64,000 nucleotides of DNA from Gemmatimonadales bacterium. GTDB lineage: Bacteria > Gemmatimonadota > Gemmatimonadetes > Gemmatimonadales > GWC2-71-9. Both the position numbers and the translations under genes were made by a program. Below are positions 1 to 9,829 of this stretch, in pieces. Every line of letters begins with the position of its first letter. The first letter of the stretch is position 1. The notes under the pieces were generated by a model, which was given only the letters and a program-made list of their open reading frames with translations, made no database searches and was not told the DNA's origin. The DNA is taken from NCBI GenBank assembly GCA_041613315.1, contig JBFJHJ010000005.1, positions 43,997 to 107,996 on the forward strand, in the 5' to 3' direction.

Positions 1-1
1 G

Positions 2-589
2 TTCTCGCTCAGACAAGAGCGACTCGACGGCGCCTTCGTCGTAGGCGGGGGCTACAAGTACTGCCAGCTGGGCGAGGGAAACTGCTTTCTCCGATTTCCG
101 ACCGACTGCACCCTGCGGCCGGTCGTGACCGGCTGGTTCAGCGAGTTCAGCGCCCTGGCGGAACCCGGCGCGGGCCTGGTTTACGGCGAAGGTCCCGACC
201 GCTTCGCGGGCGCCACCTACGATCCGACCAGCCATTACCGGGCGGCGGCCGTGTTCGATTTCTTCGAGGAACGGGGGCTCACGCCCGAGCTGTTGCGTGA
301 GGTGAGCCGGCACCAGGTGGGGCTGCTGGCCCAACGGTTCGACGAGCTGGATGCCGACCCTGAGGTGATCACCCGCGACCGGAGCGTGCCGCTGGATGAC
401 GTCGGCGGGTTCCTCGCACTTCGGGCCCCGAGGGCCGAGGACCTCAGCCGCCGGCTGCGCGAACGCGGGGTCCGCACGGACTACCGCGGCGACGTGCTGC
501 GCCTCGGACCGGCCCCGTACCTTTCGGACCGCCAGCTCACGGATGCGATCACCGCGCTCGGCGAGATCGTGCGGTCGCCCCTCCCGTAG
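2..589 (+). CDS. kynU: Kynureninase-like PLP-dependent class V enzyme, 5' truncated by the window edge
   Basis: Frame open from position 2; GGGYKYCQLGEG (PLP Lys), TGWF, and C-terminal TDYRGDVLRLGPAPY are typical of kynureninase. Confidence 0.7.
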   Translation, partial: FSLRQERLDGAFVVGGGYKYCQLGEGNCFLRFPTDCTLRPVVTGWFSEFSALAEPGAGLVYGEGPDRFAGATYDPTSHYRAAAVFDFFEERGLTPELLREVSRHQVGLLAQRFDELDADPEVITRDRSVPLDDVGGFLALRAPRAEDLSRRLRERGVRTDYRGDVLRLGPAPYLSDRQLTDAITALGEIVRSPLP

Positions 590-620
590 GCTTGGCGACC
601 CCGTGCCGCCCCCCCGCATC

Positions 621-1013
621 TTACCAAACGGCAACCGTACTGAGCGCGAGGTTGTTCTCGATCGCCAGCTCCACGACCTGACCCGGTCCCACCACCAGAC
701 GCGGCGAGACGTACTGTGCCGCCGACCCGATCAGCTCGACGACCAGCACGGCGCCGCTCGAGTACAGCGGGTACGGCGGCAGCGTAATGACTTCGCGCCC
801 GGACGCACCCATCACCGTCCCGATGCGCATGCGGGTGCCGCTCACGACGAGGTAGATCCGCGCATCGAGCCAGTTGTGATTGGCGACGTGGAGCATGGAT
901 TCGCCGCCCGGCGCGGCGGCGATGTCGGTGTGGCCGGCGGTGGCGCAGCCTCCGCTCCCCATCCCTCCCGCCAGCAGGACGGCGGTCGACAGCGTCGCAA
1001 GAGCGATTCTCAT
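621..1013 (-). CDS. Hypothetical lipoprotein
   Basis: MRIALATLSTAVLLAGGMGSGGC signal/lipobox-like N-terminus; AGGAGG RBS upstream; beta-rich body. Confidence 0.7.
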   Translation of the reverse strand: MRIALATLSTAVLLAGGMGSGGCATAGHTDIAAAPGGESMLHVANHNWLDARIYLVVSGTRMRIGTVMGASGREVITLPPYPLYSSGAVLVVELIGSAAQYVSPRLVVGPGQVVELAIENNLALSTVAVW

Positions 1014-1395
1014 CGTCCACCTCCTGCTCAAGTAGCGGCGCAATACGCCGTGCCATCCGCCCCCGCGGCGTGGTGCCCGGAGACGGCAGCAGCGACCGGT
1101 TTTTTCGGCCCGCTCCGGCGTACCAGGAGGCGCCGGCCGGTCACGGGCCATTGCCGAATGCATCAACTCTGGCCCTCCGTATCACGGTAATGCGGGGCAT
1201 CGGCCACGCATGTGCCATAGGTCACGGCCGCGCGGCGGGGCCACCCGGCGCTCCGCGTGGTGCTCGGTTGCGCACCGCCCCCTAGCCGCGGCACCAACGA
1301 TGAACAAACCGGCCCGGCGGCGCCTTTGGACCCGTGGGGCAGAGCGATAGACTTCATATCGCGCCGACGACGACCCCTCCCTCTCGGAGGCCCTC

Positions 1396-2121
1396 ATGGC
1401 CCTCACGCTCACCTTCCTCGGTCACGCCGGGGTTCTGCTCTCCGACGGCACACACACCGTCGCCATCGACCCGTTCCTGACGGGCAATCCCGCCGCCACC
1501 ATGCGGCCGTCGGACGTCACCTGTGATGCGATCGTCCTGACGCACGGACACCCTGATCATTTCGGCGACACGGTGGCGATCGCGAAGGCCAACAAGGCCA
1601 CGGCCTATGCCGCCTTCGAGATCGCGAACTACCTGGAAGGGCAGGGCGTACGCGTGGAACCTGGAAACCCTGGCGGGAAGATCGAGGCGGATTTCGGCTG
1701 GGTGGCGTTCACCCAGGCGTTCCACTCCTCGTCCTACGAGGGACGCTACATGGGGATGCCGTGCGGCGTGATGGTCCACCTGGGCGACGTCACCGTCTAC
1801 CATTGTGGCGACACCGCGCTGTTCGGCGACATGAAGCTGCTGGGAGAGATCTACGAGCCCGACATCGCGCTCGTTCCGATCGGCGACCGCTTTACGATGG
1901 GACCCGAACTCGCGACCCGCGCTGCCGAGCTCATCCGGCCCAAGGTCGCCGTGCCGATCCACTACAAGACCTGGCCGCTGCTCGTGCAGGACGCCACGGG
2001 GTTCGCGCCGAAGAATGTGCGGGTCAAGGTACTGGAACCGGGCGAGCGGTGGGCGTACCCCGAAGACAAGGCGCCGGGTCCGCGACCCGGCGGTCGGAGC
2101 CGGGCTCGCAGTACTCGCTAG
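1396..2121 (+). CDS. Metal-dependent hydrolase, metallo-beta-lactamase fold (UPF0173-like)
   Basis: FLGHA, IDPF, THGHPDH, AFHSS, YHCGDT and PIHY motifs; GGAGG RBS. Confidence 0.9.
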   Translation: MALTLTFLGHAGVLLSDGTHTVAIDPFLTGNPAATMRPSDVTCDAIVLTHGHPDHFGDTVAIAKANKATAYAAFEIANYLEGQGVRVEPGNPGGKIEADFGWVAFTQAFHSSSYEGRYMGMPCGVMVHLGDVTVYHCGDTALFGDMKLLGEIYEPDIALVPIGDRFTMGPELATRAAELIRPKVAVPIHYKTWPLLVQDATGFAPKNVRVKVLEPGERWAYPEDKAPGPRPGGRSRARSTR

Positions 2122-2142
2122 AGACCGGGTACGGGCGGTCGG

Positions 2143-4173
2143 CTACGCCCGCTCATCCAGAATCTCGCGTACGCGGATCAGCAGCTCGGTGGGCGTCCAG
2201 GGCTTGTGGAGAAACGGGACGGAGGCGTTCAGCGCAGTGCTCTCCCTGACGTCGCGCGCGGTGTAGCCGCTCATGAACAGGAACTTCAGTCCGGGATAGC
2301 GCTGTCGGGCGGCTGCGTACAGCTCGGTGCCGCTCAGGCGGGGCATCACGACGTCAGAGATCACCAGCGCGATCGCGTCGGCGTGGGCCGTCAGAATGTC
2401 CAGACCGCAGGCGCCGTCCTCTGCCAGCAGCACGTTGTAGCCGAACTGTTCGAGCACGCGTTTCGCCGCGCGCCGCACCGACGCTTCGTCCTCCACGAGG
2501 AGGATGGTCTCCTCCCCAGCGGGAAGCTGGCTCATCTGCAGGCTGCGCCGCCGTGCCACGCCCGGCTCGTACGTCGCCGGGAAGAACACCGTGACCGACG
2601 TGCCTTGGTTCACCTCGCTCTGCACGTCCACGAACCCGTTCTGCTGTTTGACGAGCCCGTAGATCATCGCCATGCCCAGCCCGGTGCCCTCGCCGGGCGG
2701 CTTGGTGGTGAAGAACGGCTCGAACACGCGCTGTCGGGTCAAGTCGTCCATGCCGATCCCGGTATCGCTGACGACGAGGCAGACATACTCCCCCGGCTGC
2801 CCCCAGCCACTGCGGACCTGGTGGTCCTCGTCGATCCAGCTCCTCCGAGCCTCGATCCGAAGCAAGCCGCCTCTCGGCATCGCGTCACGCGCGTTGGTCG
2901 CGAGGTTCACGAGGATTTGCTCGAGAGACACGGGGTCCGCGACGACCCGTGGGAGATCCGGCTCGAGCACGATTCGGACATCGATGTTCTCGGGCAGGAC
3001 CCGCCGCCACGTGTCGGCCAACTCTTCGATGATGGCGCCGAGGCCCAGTGGCTTTGCCGCCAGAACCCCCCGACGGCTGAAGCCAAGGAGCTTCCGCACC
3101 ATCTCCGCACCGCGCCGCGCCGCCGCCTTGAGCTCCACCAGATCTGCGCGGAGCTGCGGCTGGTCGTCATCGAGCGCCGCATCGATGAGGTCGGCGTTCG
3201 CTCGAATCACGGTCAAGATGTTGTTGAAGTCGTGAGCGATGCCGCCCGTGAGCTGGCCGATGGCCTCCATCTTCTGCGCCTGCTGGAGCTGCGCCTGGAG
3301 CGCCCGTTGCTCCGTGACGTCCTCCACCATGACCTCGAAGCACTCCGCCTGCCCGTCGGCTCCGCGCACGGCCTGTCCGCTCAACCGCACGGTGAGGGGG
3401 GTGCCGTCGCGCTTTTTCCACGGCACCTCCACGCCCTCGAAGCGCTCGGCTGACCCGTACTGCGCGATGAGCCGGCCGCGGTCCGCGGCATCGACGTAGA
3501 TGTCGCTCGAAAGATCGAGCCTGAGGAGCTCCTCCTCGGACCGGTAGCCGAGCATCGCCACCAGCGCCGGATTGGCGGAGACAAACCTCCCCGCCGGCGT
3601 CGACCGATAGATCCCGTAGATGGCGTGCTCCACCAGCGCGCGATAGTCGGCCTCCGACTTTCGCGCCGCCTCCTCGGCGTTCTTGAGCTCGGTCACGTCG
3701 GCGGCGTGCCCCAGCACGTACGGTGCCCCATCGCCCTCCGTATGGAGGACGTTGCGATACGCCCACAGCCGCTCCTCCCCCCTCCGGCCAATCACGCGCA
3801 TCAGCCCCTGGTCCACCCCGTCGCGCTTGATGCGAGCCAGGTAGTCAGCGAAGTGTGGGCGGACGTCGGCAGGCAGGAAGTCAGCCAAATTCTTCCCCAC
3901 ACCGTCGCGGGGCTCGTAACCGAGCGCGTGAGCCGCCGCAGGGTTCACCGAAAGCAAGTGGCCGTCCAGGTCATGGACGCAGATGAGCCCCTGACTGCTC
4001 TCCACGAGTGCGCGGTAACGCTGCTCGCTTTCCCGCAGCCTCCGCTCCGATTCGGAGAAATCCTGGTGTCGTCGCCGCAGCTCGGCGCCAGCCTCCTGCA
4101 GGGTGGCGACGCGCTCCCGGAGCTCGGCGATCTCCGTGAGCAAGTCCTCCTTGGTCTTTGAAGAATCCTTCAT
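2143..4173 (-). CDS. PAS-PAS hybrid sensor histidine kinase/response regulator (CckA-like)
   Basis: Two PAS domains; H-box GGIAHDFNN; NARDAM, DTGIGM, FEPFFTTK, GTGLG; C-terminal receiver (LVEDE, SDVVMP, KP). Confidence 0.92.
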   Translation of the reverse strand: MKDSSKTKEDLLTEIAELRERVATLQEAGAELRRRHQDFSESERRLRESEQRYRALVESSQGLICVHDLDGHLLSVNPAAAHALGYEPRDGVGKNLADFLPADVRPHFADYLARIKRDGVDQGLMRVIGRRGEERLWAYRNVLHTEGDGAPYVLGHAADVTELKNAEEAARKSEADYRALVEHAIYGIYRSTPAGRFVSANPALVAMLGYRSEEELLRLDLSSDIYVDAADRGRLIAQYGSAERFEGVEVPWKKRDGTPLTVRLSGQAVRGADGQAECFEVMVEDVTEQRALQAQLQQAQKMEAIGQLTGGIAHDFNNILTVIRANADLIDAALDDDQPQLRADLVELKAAARRGAEMVRKLLGFSRRGVLAAKPLGLGAIIEELADTWRRVLPENIDVRIVLEPDLPRVVADPVSLEQILVNLATNARDAMPRGGLLRIEARRSWIDEDHQVRSGWGQPGEYVCLVVSDTGIGMDDLTRQRVFEPFFTTKPPGEGTGLGMAMIYGLVKQQNGFVDVQSEVNQGTSVTVFFPATYEPGVARRRSLQMSQLPAGEETILLVEDEASVRRAAKRVLEQFGYNVLLAEDGACGLDILTAHADAIALVISDVVMPRLSGTELYAAARQRYPGLKFLFMSGYTARDVRESTALNASVPFLHKPWTPTELLIRVREILDERA

Positions 4174-4388
4174 AGATGGGTCTTGGGATCCGCCGCCAGG
4201 GCGTTCGCCCGGGTGCGCCCTGAGCCTGCGGCTTGGCATGACATTCGCTCGCGACGCTCCCGCGGCTAAGATAGAACGGGCGTGGGCCGACATGCTAGAA
4301 TCGCACGACGTCGCTCGATAGCCGTGACGCGGGGCACACGCGTTCGCGGGCGTCGGGGACAGCCGGGCAATCAACCCTGGCCGGCGGC

Positions 4389-4916
4389 GTGACGTCTACG
4401 CCTTCCCCACGCGTTCTGCTCACCGGCCCGCCGGGCTGCGGCAAGACGACGGTGATCCGCCGCACGGTTGCCCTCCTCACATGTCCCGCCGTCGGGTTCT
4501 ACACCGAGGAAGTGCGCCGGGGAAGCGGGCGCGTGGGTTTCGATGTCGTGACGCTGGACGGCGTTCGGGGGCCCCTGGCGCGCGTCGGCGGGTTGGGGCC
4601 ACGAGTGGGCAGATACGTGGTAGACGTCTCGTCGTTCGAGCAGATCGGCGTGCCGGCGCTCGAGGCCGGCCTGGAAGATCCCCACACGGTGCTCGTCGTG
4701 GATGAGCTGGGGAAGATGGAGTTCCACAGCCGCCGGTTCGCGGCGCTCCTCCCCATGGTCTTCGCCGGGGAGAACCCCGTGTTGGGAACGATCCTCTCGC
4801 GGCCGCACCCCATCGCCGACGGGATCCGGCAGCTGGCGGGGGTCGAGTTCGTCGGGGTGACCGCGGGCAACCGCGACATCCTGCCCCGGGGACTGGCGGC
4901 GCGGTTCACGGCCTGA
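4389..4916 (+). CDS. Nucleoside-triphosphatase, THEP1/NTPase_1 family
   Basis: TGPPGCGKTT Walker A, GFYTEEVR, VGRYVVD, VVDELGKME. Confidence 0.88.
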   Translation: MTSTPSPRVLLTGPPGCGKTTVIRRTVALLTCPAVGFYTEEVRRGSGRVGFDVVTLDGVRGPLARVGGLGPRVGRYVVDVSSFEQIGVPALEAGLEDPHTVLVVDELGKMEFHSRRFAALLPMVFAGENPVLGTILSRPHPIADGIRQLAGVEFVGVTAGNRDILPRGLAARFTA

Positions 4917-4995
4917 GCCGGCGGCGCCCGTGGTGCGGGAGCGGGGCTCAAGCACCCGAGAAGAACGGGACCGAGCGTCACAGGGGGTTGGGGAG

Positions 4996-5067
<72 letters not shown>

Positions 5068-5141
5068 GGATTGTGGATTACAAACTTCGCCACCGCCCCT
5101 GACATTCTCAAGCCGCGTCGCGCGCCGTCATGAAGCCGCCT

Positions 5142-5687
5142 TCAGGAGCCGGCCAAGGGATCGGGCGGCCGCTCGGACGTGTCCCGGCCCGCCTCCTCCG
5201 CCCCCGCCCCCACGACGTGCCCCGACCCCACCGCCTGCTTCGCCGCTGCGTCGCGCAGCTCGCGGATCTCCTCGTCCGAGTACCCCGCCCCACGCAGCTT
5301 GCGGTCCATCTCCAACGCCTTGACCGCGGCCTTGAGCGTGCCCAGCGCGAGTGTCGCGCAGCGGTGCCGAAAACCCACGACCTCCCGACCGAGCAGATCC
5401 AGCATCTCCTCGTAGGTGAGATCGCGCACGTCCTCGAACGTCGGGTGCTCTCGGTTCACCTTGCGGAGCAGGATCGACGCGGCCGCCTGACTGATCGTGC
5501 AGCCCGCGCCCTCGAAGCTCGCCTCGGCGATCCGGTCGGCGCCGTCCGTCTTGACATGCAGGGTCACGAGATCGCCACACCCCGGGTTCCCGCCGGGCAT
5601 GCTGACGTCCGCCTGCCCCAGCGCCCCCTTGTGCCGGGGGCGCTGGTAGTGGTCCACCAATCGGGCGATCAGCGCGTCGCGGTCCAT
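5142..5687 (-). CDS. SufU/IscU-family Fe-S scaffold or sulfur acceptor with C-terminal extension
   Basis: DHYQRPRHKG, NPGCGD, FEGAGCTISQAAAS, RHRCATL; three conserved Cys; no LPPVK motif, so SufU-like. Confidence 0.88.
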   Translation of the reverse strand: MDRDALIARLVDHYQRPRHKGALGQADVSMPGGNPGCGDLVTLHVKTDGADRIAEASFEGAGCTISQAAASILLRKVNREHPTFEDVRDLTYEEMLDLLGREVVGFRHRCATLALGTLKAAVKALEMDRKLRGAGYSDEEIRELRDAAAKQAVGSGHVVGAGAEEAGRDTSERPPDPLAGS

Positions 5688-5715
5688 GAAGCGACCCCGC
5701 GGGCGCGAAACCGGC

Positions 5716-6606
5716 TCATTTCTCAATGGGCGCCAGCACCATGTTGCCCCACTCCGTCCAGGAGCCGTCGTAGTTCCGGACGTGCTTGAACCCCAGGAGA
5801 TACGTCAGCACGAACCAGGTGTGCGACGACCGCTCCCCGATCCGACAGTAGGCGATCACCTCCTTGTCAGGCGCGAGCCCGTTCTCCTCTTGATAGATCG
5901 TCTTGAGCTCCCTCGCCGGGCGGAACGTGTGCGTGTCCGGGTTCACCGCCCGGCCCCAGGGAATATTCTTGGCACCGGGGATGTGTCCGCCACGTAGGGC
6001 GCCCTCGTTGGGGTAGTCCGGCATGTGCATGCGCTCGCCGCGGTACTCCTCGGGGCTCCGAACGTCCACCAGGGGCTTGTGTGCCTGCGTGTGGCGCAAC
6101 GTGTCGCCGCGGAACGCGCGAATCTGTTTGTCGTCGCGCACCTTGATCGTGATGTCCCCCTTGGCATGGGACGGCTTCTCCGTCACCAGCGGCCGCCCCT
6201 CCTGCTCCCACCGGGCTCGCCCGCCGTCCATGACCTTCATCTTGTCCACGCCGAAGAGCCGGAGCACCCAGAACGCGTAGCACGCCCACCAGTTGTTCCG
6301 GTCACCGTAGAACACGATGGTCGTGTCGTTGCCGATGCCGTAGCTGCGAAGCAGCTCCTGCAGACGCTCGCGATTGATGTAGTCCCGGACCTTGGGGTCG
6401 TTCAAGTCGGCCACCCAGTCGATCTTCACGGCGCCGGGAATGTGCCCGGTCTCGTAGAGCAGCAGGTCTTCATTCGACTCGAGCAGCCGCACCTTGGGAT
6501 CGTCCAGATGGTCGGCCACCCAGGCGGTGGATACGAGCACCGCCGGGTGCGCGTACCCCCGCTCCGTGATCGGGGTGACGGGCGGAGCCGTCGTACTCTG
6601 GGACAT
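5716..6606 (-). CDS. sseA: Tandem-rhodanese sulfurtransferase (SseA/CysA type)
   Basis: LVSTAWV, GHIPGA twice, active loop [28 protein letters not shown]. Confidence 0.92.
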   Translation of the reverse strand: MSQSTTAPPVTPITERGYAHPAVLVSTAWVADHLDDPKVRLLESNEDLLLYETGHIPGAVKIDWVADLNDPKVRDYINRERLQELLRSYGIGNDTTIVFYGDRNNWWACYAFWVLRLFGVDKMKVMDGGRARWEQEGRPLVTEKPSHAKGDITIKVRDDKQIRAFRGDTLRHTQAHKPLVDVRSPEEYRGERMHMPDYPNEGALRGGHIPGAKNIPWGRAVNPDTHTFRPARELKTIYQEENGLAPDKEVIAYCRIGERSSHTWFVLTYLLGFKHVRNYDGSWTEWGNMVLAPIEK

Positions 6607-6670
6607 ATGGGACCTCCTCGCGGATCTGGTCCGCGCCAACTCGGTGAATGAGAGTCTCGACGTGACCCCC

Positions 6671-6710
6671 AAACGCGAACGGCCGCGGCATCCTTCCGGG
6701 CCGCGGCCGA
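6671..6710 (-). terminator. Putative attenuator terminator hairpin in the sulfurtransferase leader
   Basis: 10-bp stem CGGCCGCGGC/GCCGCGGCCG followed by TTCGCGTTT on the minus strand; U-tract imperfect. Confidence 0.55.
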
Positions 6711-6736
6711 CGTGCTGAGTCGAGGATGAGCGCCGC

Positions 6737-6853
6737 CTAGCCCACGCCCGTGCCTCCGCCGCGGTTCCGGGCGGTGTGCGAACAACAGGTACATGCGCCC
6801 TCCGGGGACGCCGCGGGGCGACTCGCCCCGACTGTCACGTGTTTCGGGTGCAC
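6737..6853 (-). CDS. Putative 38-aa Cys-rich leader peptide ([38 protein letters not shown])
   Basis: GTG start just below a TTGACA promoter; TGT ACC TGT TGT codon cluster; lies upstream of sulfur genes and a terminator-like hairpin. Confidence 0.55.
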   Translation of the reverse strand: MHPKHVTVGASRPAASPEGACTCCSHTARNRGGGTGVG

Positions 6854-6857
6854 CTGT

Positions 6858-6888
6858 GAAATAGCTCCCTTTGTGGGGCGCATGTCAA
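6858..6888 (-). promoter_or_regulatory. Sigma70-type promoter for the leader/sulfurtransferase transcript
   Basis: Perfect TTGACA (6883-6888), then CTATTT or TATTTC at an 18-19 nt spacer. Confidence 0.55.
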
Positions 6889-7035
6889 GCGGCCGCCGAC
6901 GCACCCGGATCGTCAACGTCCGTTGTCGAGGGAGACACCCGCTCGCCGTGGGCGGGGCGCGGGGGCTCCGTGGATTGACAGCCGCGACGGCACCCCCAAG
7001 CTTCGGCGTGCGCGCACACCTCCGAGGAGGGCACC

Positions 7036-7914
7036 GTGGCCATTCAGGTGACATGCCAGTGCGGCGAAACGTACGTGTTGAAGGACGAGTACGCCGGGCA
7101 GGTCGTGAGCTGTCCCCAGTGCGGCGAGTCGCTGCAGGCCGGTGAGGCGCCGCCGCGGTTGGGCGACCCCGCCTTCGACCGGGACAAGTTCCTGCTGCGG
7201 CAGAAACACCTGGCGATCTCCGAGAAGTACTACGTATGGGACGACGGCGGCGCCAAGATCCTCTACATGGAGCGCCCCGCCCACCTGGCGCGGAACCTGT
7301 TGGCGGCGTTCGCTGGGATCGCCGCCGGCGTTGTGGTGCTATCCGCCTTTCTCGCGATCGGCGATGCGGCGGGGCCCGGGACCGTCCAGACGGCCTCATT
7401 CGTGCTCGCCGTGATCGGGGGCATCGCTGCCATCGTCGTCGTCGGGGTTGGGCTCAGCAAGAAACGGCATCTCACCATCTACCGCGACGACACCAAGCGC
7501 GAGAAGCTGCTCGAGATCTACCAGGACCGGAAGTTCCAGCCGATCAATGCGACCTATACCGTGCGCGACGCCGGCGGGGGCGAACTGGCGCGGCTGCGCA
7601 AGAATCACCTGTACAACTTCTTCCGGAAGCGGTGGTACTGTCGCTTGCCGGACGGCACCCTGCTCTGCCTGGCCAAAGAGGACTCGATCATCCTCTCGCT
7701 CCTCAGGCGCGTGATGGGATCGTTCTTTGGCCTGCTGCGGACCAACTTCGTGATCTTCAAGGGTGCGACCGACGAGGTCGTTGGCGAGTTCAACCGAAAG
7801 TTCACCCTGCTCGACCGCTACGTGCTCGACATGACCCGCGACCGCGCCCGCGACATCGACCGGCGCCTCGCGCTCGCCCTGGGCGTCATGCTCGATACCG
7901 GTGAGCGGCGTTGA
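7036..7914 (+). CDS. Membrane protein with N-terminal Zn ribbon and LURP-one/scramblase-like domain
   Basis: CQCG...CPQC; two TM helices; C-terminal DRYVLD...DRRLALAL pattern; GGAGGG RBS. Confidence 0.7.
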   Translation: MAIQVTCQCGETYVLKDEYAGQVVSCPQCGESLQAGEAPPRLGDPAFDRDKFLLRQKHLAISEKYYVWDDGGAKILYMERPAHLARNLLAAFAGIAAGVVVLSAFLAIGDAAGPGTVQTASFVLAVIGGIAAIVVVGVGLSKKRHLTIYRDDTKREKLLEIYQDRKFQPINATYTVRDAGGGELARLRKNHLYNFFRKRWYCRLPDGTLLCLAKEDSIILSLLRRVMGSFFGLLRTNFVIFKGATDEVVGEFNRKFTLLDRYVLDMTRDRARDIDRRLALALGVMLDTGERR

Positions 7915-8647
7915 TGGCCGCGTGAGGGCAGGGGACCCCGGGGGCGGCGGGCCGTCACGGGCGGACGAGCCGCCGGAGGAGCCGCGCCGGCCCATCCCGA
8001 TCACGCCGGAGATGCTGGCAGACACGGCCGCGGAGGACCGTGTCGACTTCGAGCGCGGGATGTCCTATCTGCCGCGCGTGACGCTCCTGCTCATCGCCGC
8101 GTCCGTGGGGGTGTTCGCGTGGGAGATCGCGACCGGGGCCCTCGAGTCCGTCGAGAACATCGTGAGGGCGGGCGCGCTCCATCGTGCATCCGTGGCGGAC
8201 GGCGAGGCCTGGCGCCTCCTCTCGGCCACCCTCCTCCACGGCGGCGCCGGTCATCTGGTCGGGAACTGCATCGGCCTGTACATCGTCGGGATGGCGTGCG
8301 AACACGCCTTCGGCTCCGGCGGGATGGCCAAGGTCGCGTTCGCCAGCGCCCTGGGCGGATCCCTGCTCAGCGTGGCGGCGCATCCTGGGCCGTCGGTCGG
8401 GGCGTCTGGCATCGTGTTCGGAGTGATGGGCGCCGTGGCGGCGTTCCTGCACCGGCACCGGCACGACCTCGAGATCCGTGACCTCCGCGTCGGCATCGTG
8501 CTTCTCGCGTGGGCGGTGTACGCCGTCATCACCGGCTTCCTGACACCGTTCGTGGACAACTTCGCCCACATCGGTGGGTTCCTGGCCGGCGGGGCCGTGG
8601 CGCTGGCGCTCGAACCGGCGATCTTCCGACGCACACGACCGGCTTGA
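7901..8647 (+). CDS. Rhomboid-family intramembrane serine protease
   Basis: WRLLS, HxxxxHLxGN, GASG catalytic Ser, AHIGG catalytic His. Confidence 0.92.
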   Translation: MSGVDGRVRAGDPGGGGPSRADEPPEEPRRPIPITPEMLADTAAEDRVDFERGMSYLPRVTLLLIAASVGVFAWEIATGALESVENIVRAGALHRASVADGEAWRLLSATLLHGGAGHLVGNCIGLYIVGMACEHAFGSGGMAKVAFASALGGSLLSVAAHPGPSVGASGIVFGVMGAVAAFLHRHRHDLEIRDLRVGIVLLAWAVYAVITGFLTPFVDNFAHIGGFLAGGAVALALEPAIFRRTRPA

Positions 8648-8752
8648 GGGCGCCGCTTCCAACGCCCGCGGCACCGCAGGCGACCCCGTAGCGGAAAAGC
8701 GCCTCCGACCGCAAGTTTCTAGGTTCTCACAACCGTGGGGTCGAGACGGCGT

Positions 8753-9124
8753 ATGGCTTCCATCCTCGTGATCGACGACGAGCCCAACATGCGGGCTGCA
8801 CTCGAGCGCCATCTCATGGCAGGCGGACATGAGGTGTCCGTCGCGGGCAACGGCGCGGAGGCGATGGAGATGGTCGAGCGGCGCCCCGTCGACCTGGTGA
8901 TCACCGACCTCTACATGCCCGGCATGGACGGCGTCGAGTTCACCATCCGGCTCCGACAAGGCCACCCGGACGTGAAGGTGATCGCCATCTCGGGCGGCGG
9001 GTGGAAGAACAACGCGGAAGCTCTGGAACTCGCTCGCCGGGTCGGGGCGCACCGGACCCTGCCCAAGCCGTTCCAGCAGGACGAGCTCCTCGCTACGGTG
9101 GACTCCGTCCTCGAACGCGAGTGA
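8753..9124 (+). CDS. Single-domain response regulator
   Basis: ILVIDDE, TDLYMP, ISG, KPF. Confidence 0.9.
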   Translation: MASILVIDDEPNMRAALERHLMAGGHEVSVAGNGAEAMEMVERRPVDLVITDLYMPGMDGVEFTIRLRQGHPDVKVIAISGGGWKNNAEALELARRVGAHRTLPKPFQQDELLATVDSVLERE

Positions 9125-9151
9125 GAGACGCGTTGGGAGAGGGGCCGACAT

Positions 9152-9168
9152 TTAGGTAGGCTAACTAA
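9152..9168. promoter_or_regulatory. 17-bp palindromic operator, copy 1 (TTAGGTAGGCTAACTAA), probably MarR
   Basis: AT-rich imperfect palindrome; an inverted copy differing only at the central base lies at 9294-9310. Confidence 0.65.
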
Positions 9169-9293
9169 ATACCTACCCGTCCCGCAGAGACGCAGTGTTC
9201 CTGGCTGGGGCTCTCCGTCTCGATCCCCATTCCGCTTCGGTCCCCTCGGCACAACCTCAGTTTTCCGGGGAGAACTGGCGCGCAGCCCATTCG

Positions 9294-9310
9294 TTAGTTA
9301 GGCTACCTAA
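9294..9310. promoter_or_regulatory. 17-bp palindromic operator, copy 2 (TTAGTTAGGCTACCTAA), overlapping the marR -10
   Basis: Ends 6 nt before the MarR ATG; contains the -10-like hexamer TAGGCT. Confidence 0.7.
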
Positions 9311-9316
9311 ACTCAT

Positions 9317-9778
9317 ATGCCGGGCCCGAGACCACGAACCTCCCTGCCTGCCGAGTCGGCCCGACTGGCGGTGGCGAACCGGCTGCACGCGGTGGCGATC
9401 CAACTGCTCCGCCACCTGCGGCGCGCCGACTTCGACGCCGCGCTGAGCCCCGCCCGGCTCTCGGCGCTCTCCACCCTGGTGTTCGGCGAGCCCCGGACGC
9501 TCGGGGAACTCGCCGCGGCGCAAGGCGTCACGCCCGCGACGATGAGTCGGCTGGTCCGGGGGCTGGAGGACGACGGGTTGGTCGAGCGGCGGGCCGATCC
9601 CGGAGACGGCCGGGCCGTGATCGTTGCCGCGACGCCCGAGGGGGCTCGCATCCTGCTCCAGGCGCGGCGCGAGCGAGTCGAAGATCTCGCCCACCGGCTC
9701 GCCGAGCTCGACGGCCCCACCCTCGACGAGCTGGGGCGGGCGGCGGAGGTCATCGAGCGGGTGTTGCACGCGGACTGA
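9317..9778 (+). CDS. MarR-family transcriptional regulator
   Basis: TLGELAAAQGVTPATMSRLVRGLEDDGLVERRADPGDGR winged helix. Confidence 0.92.
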   Translation: MPGPRPRTSLPAESARLAVANRLHAVAIQLLRHLRRADFDAALSPARLSALSTLVFGEPRTLGELAAAQGVTPATMSRLVRGLEDDGLVERRADPGDGRAVIVAATPEGARILLQARRERVEDLAHRLAELDGPTLDELGRAAEVIERVLHAD

Positions 9779-9829
9779 CGGGGGTCGACCGCCGAGCCGC
9801 GACGTCCGTCGTGGCCGGCTGCATCGCCC

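Noticed and set aside
1203..1217. Sigma54-like sites here (minus strand) and at 4234-4248 (plus strand)
   Set aside because: Each has a mismatch in the -12 element and no supporting activator context; too weak to call.
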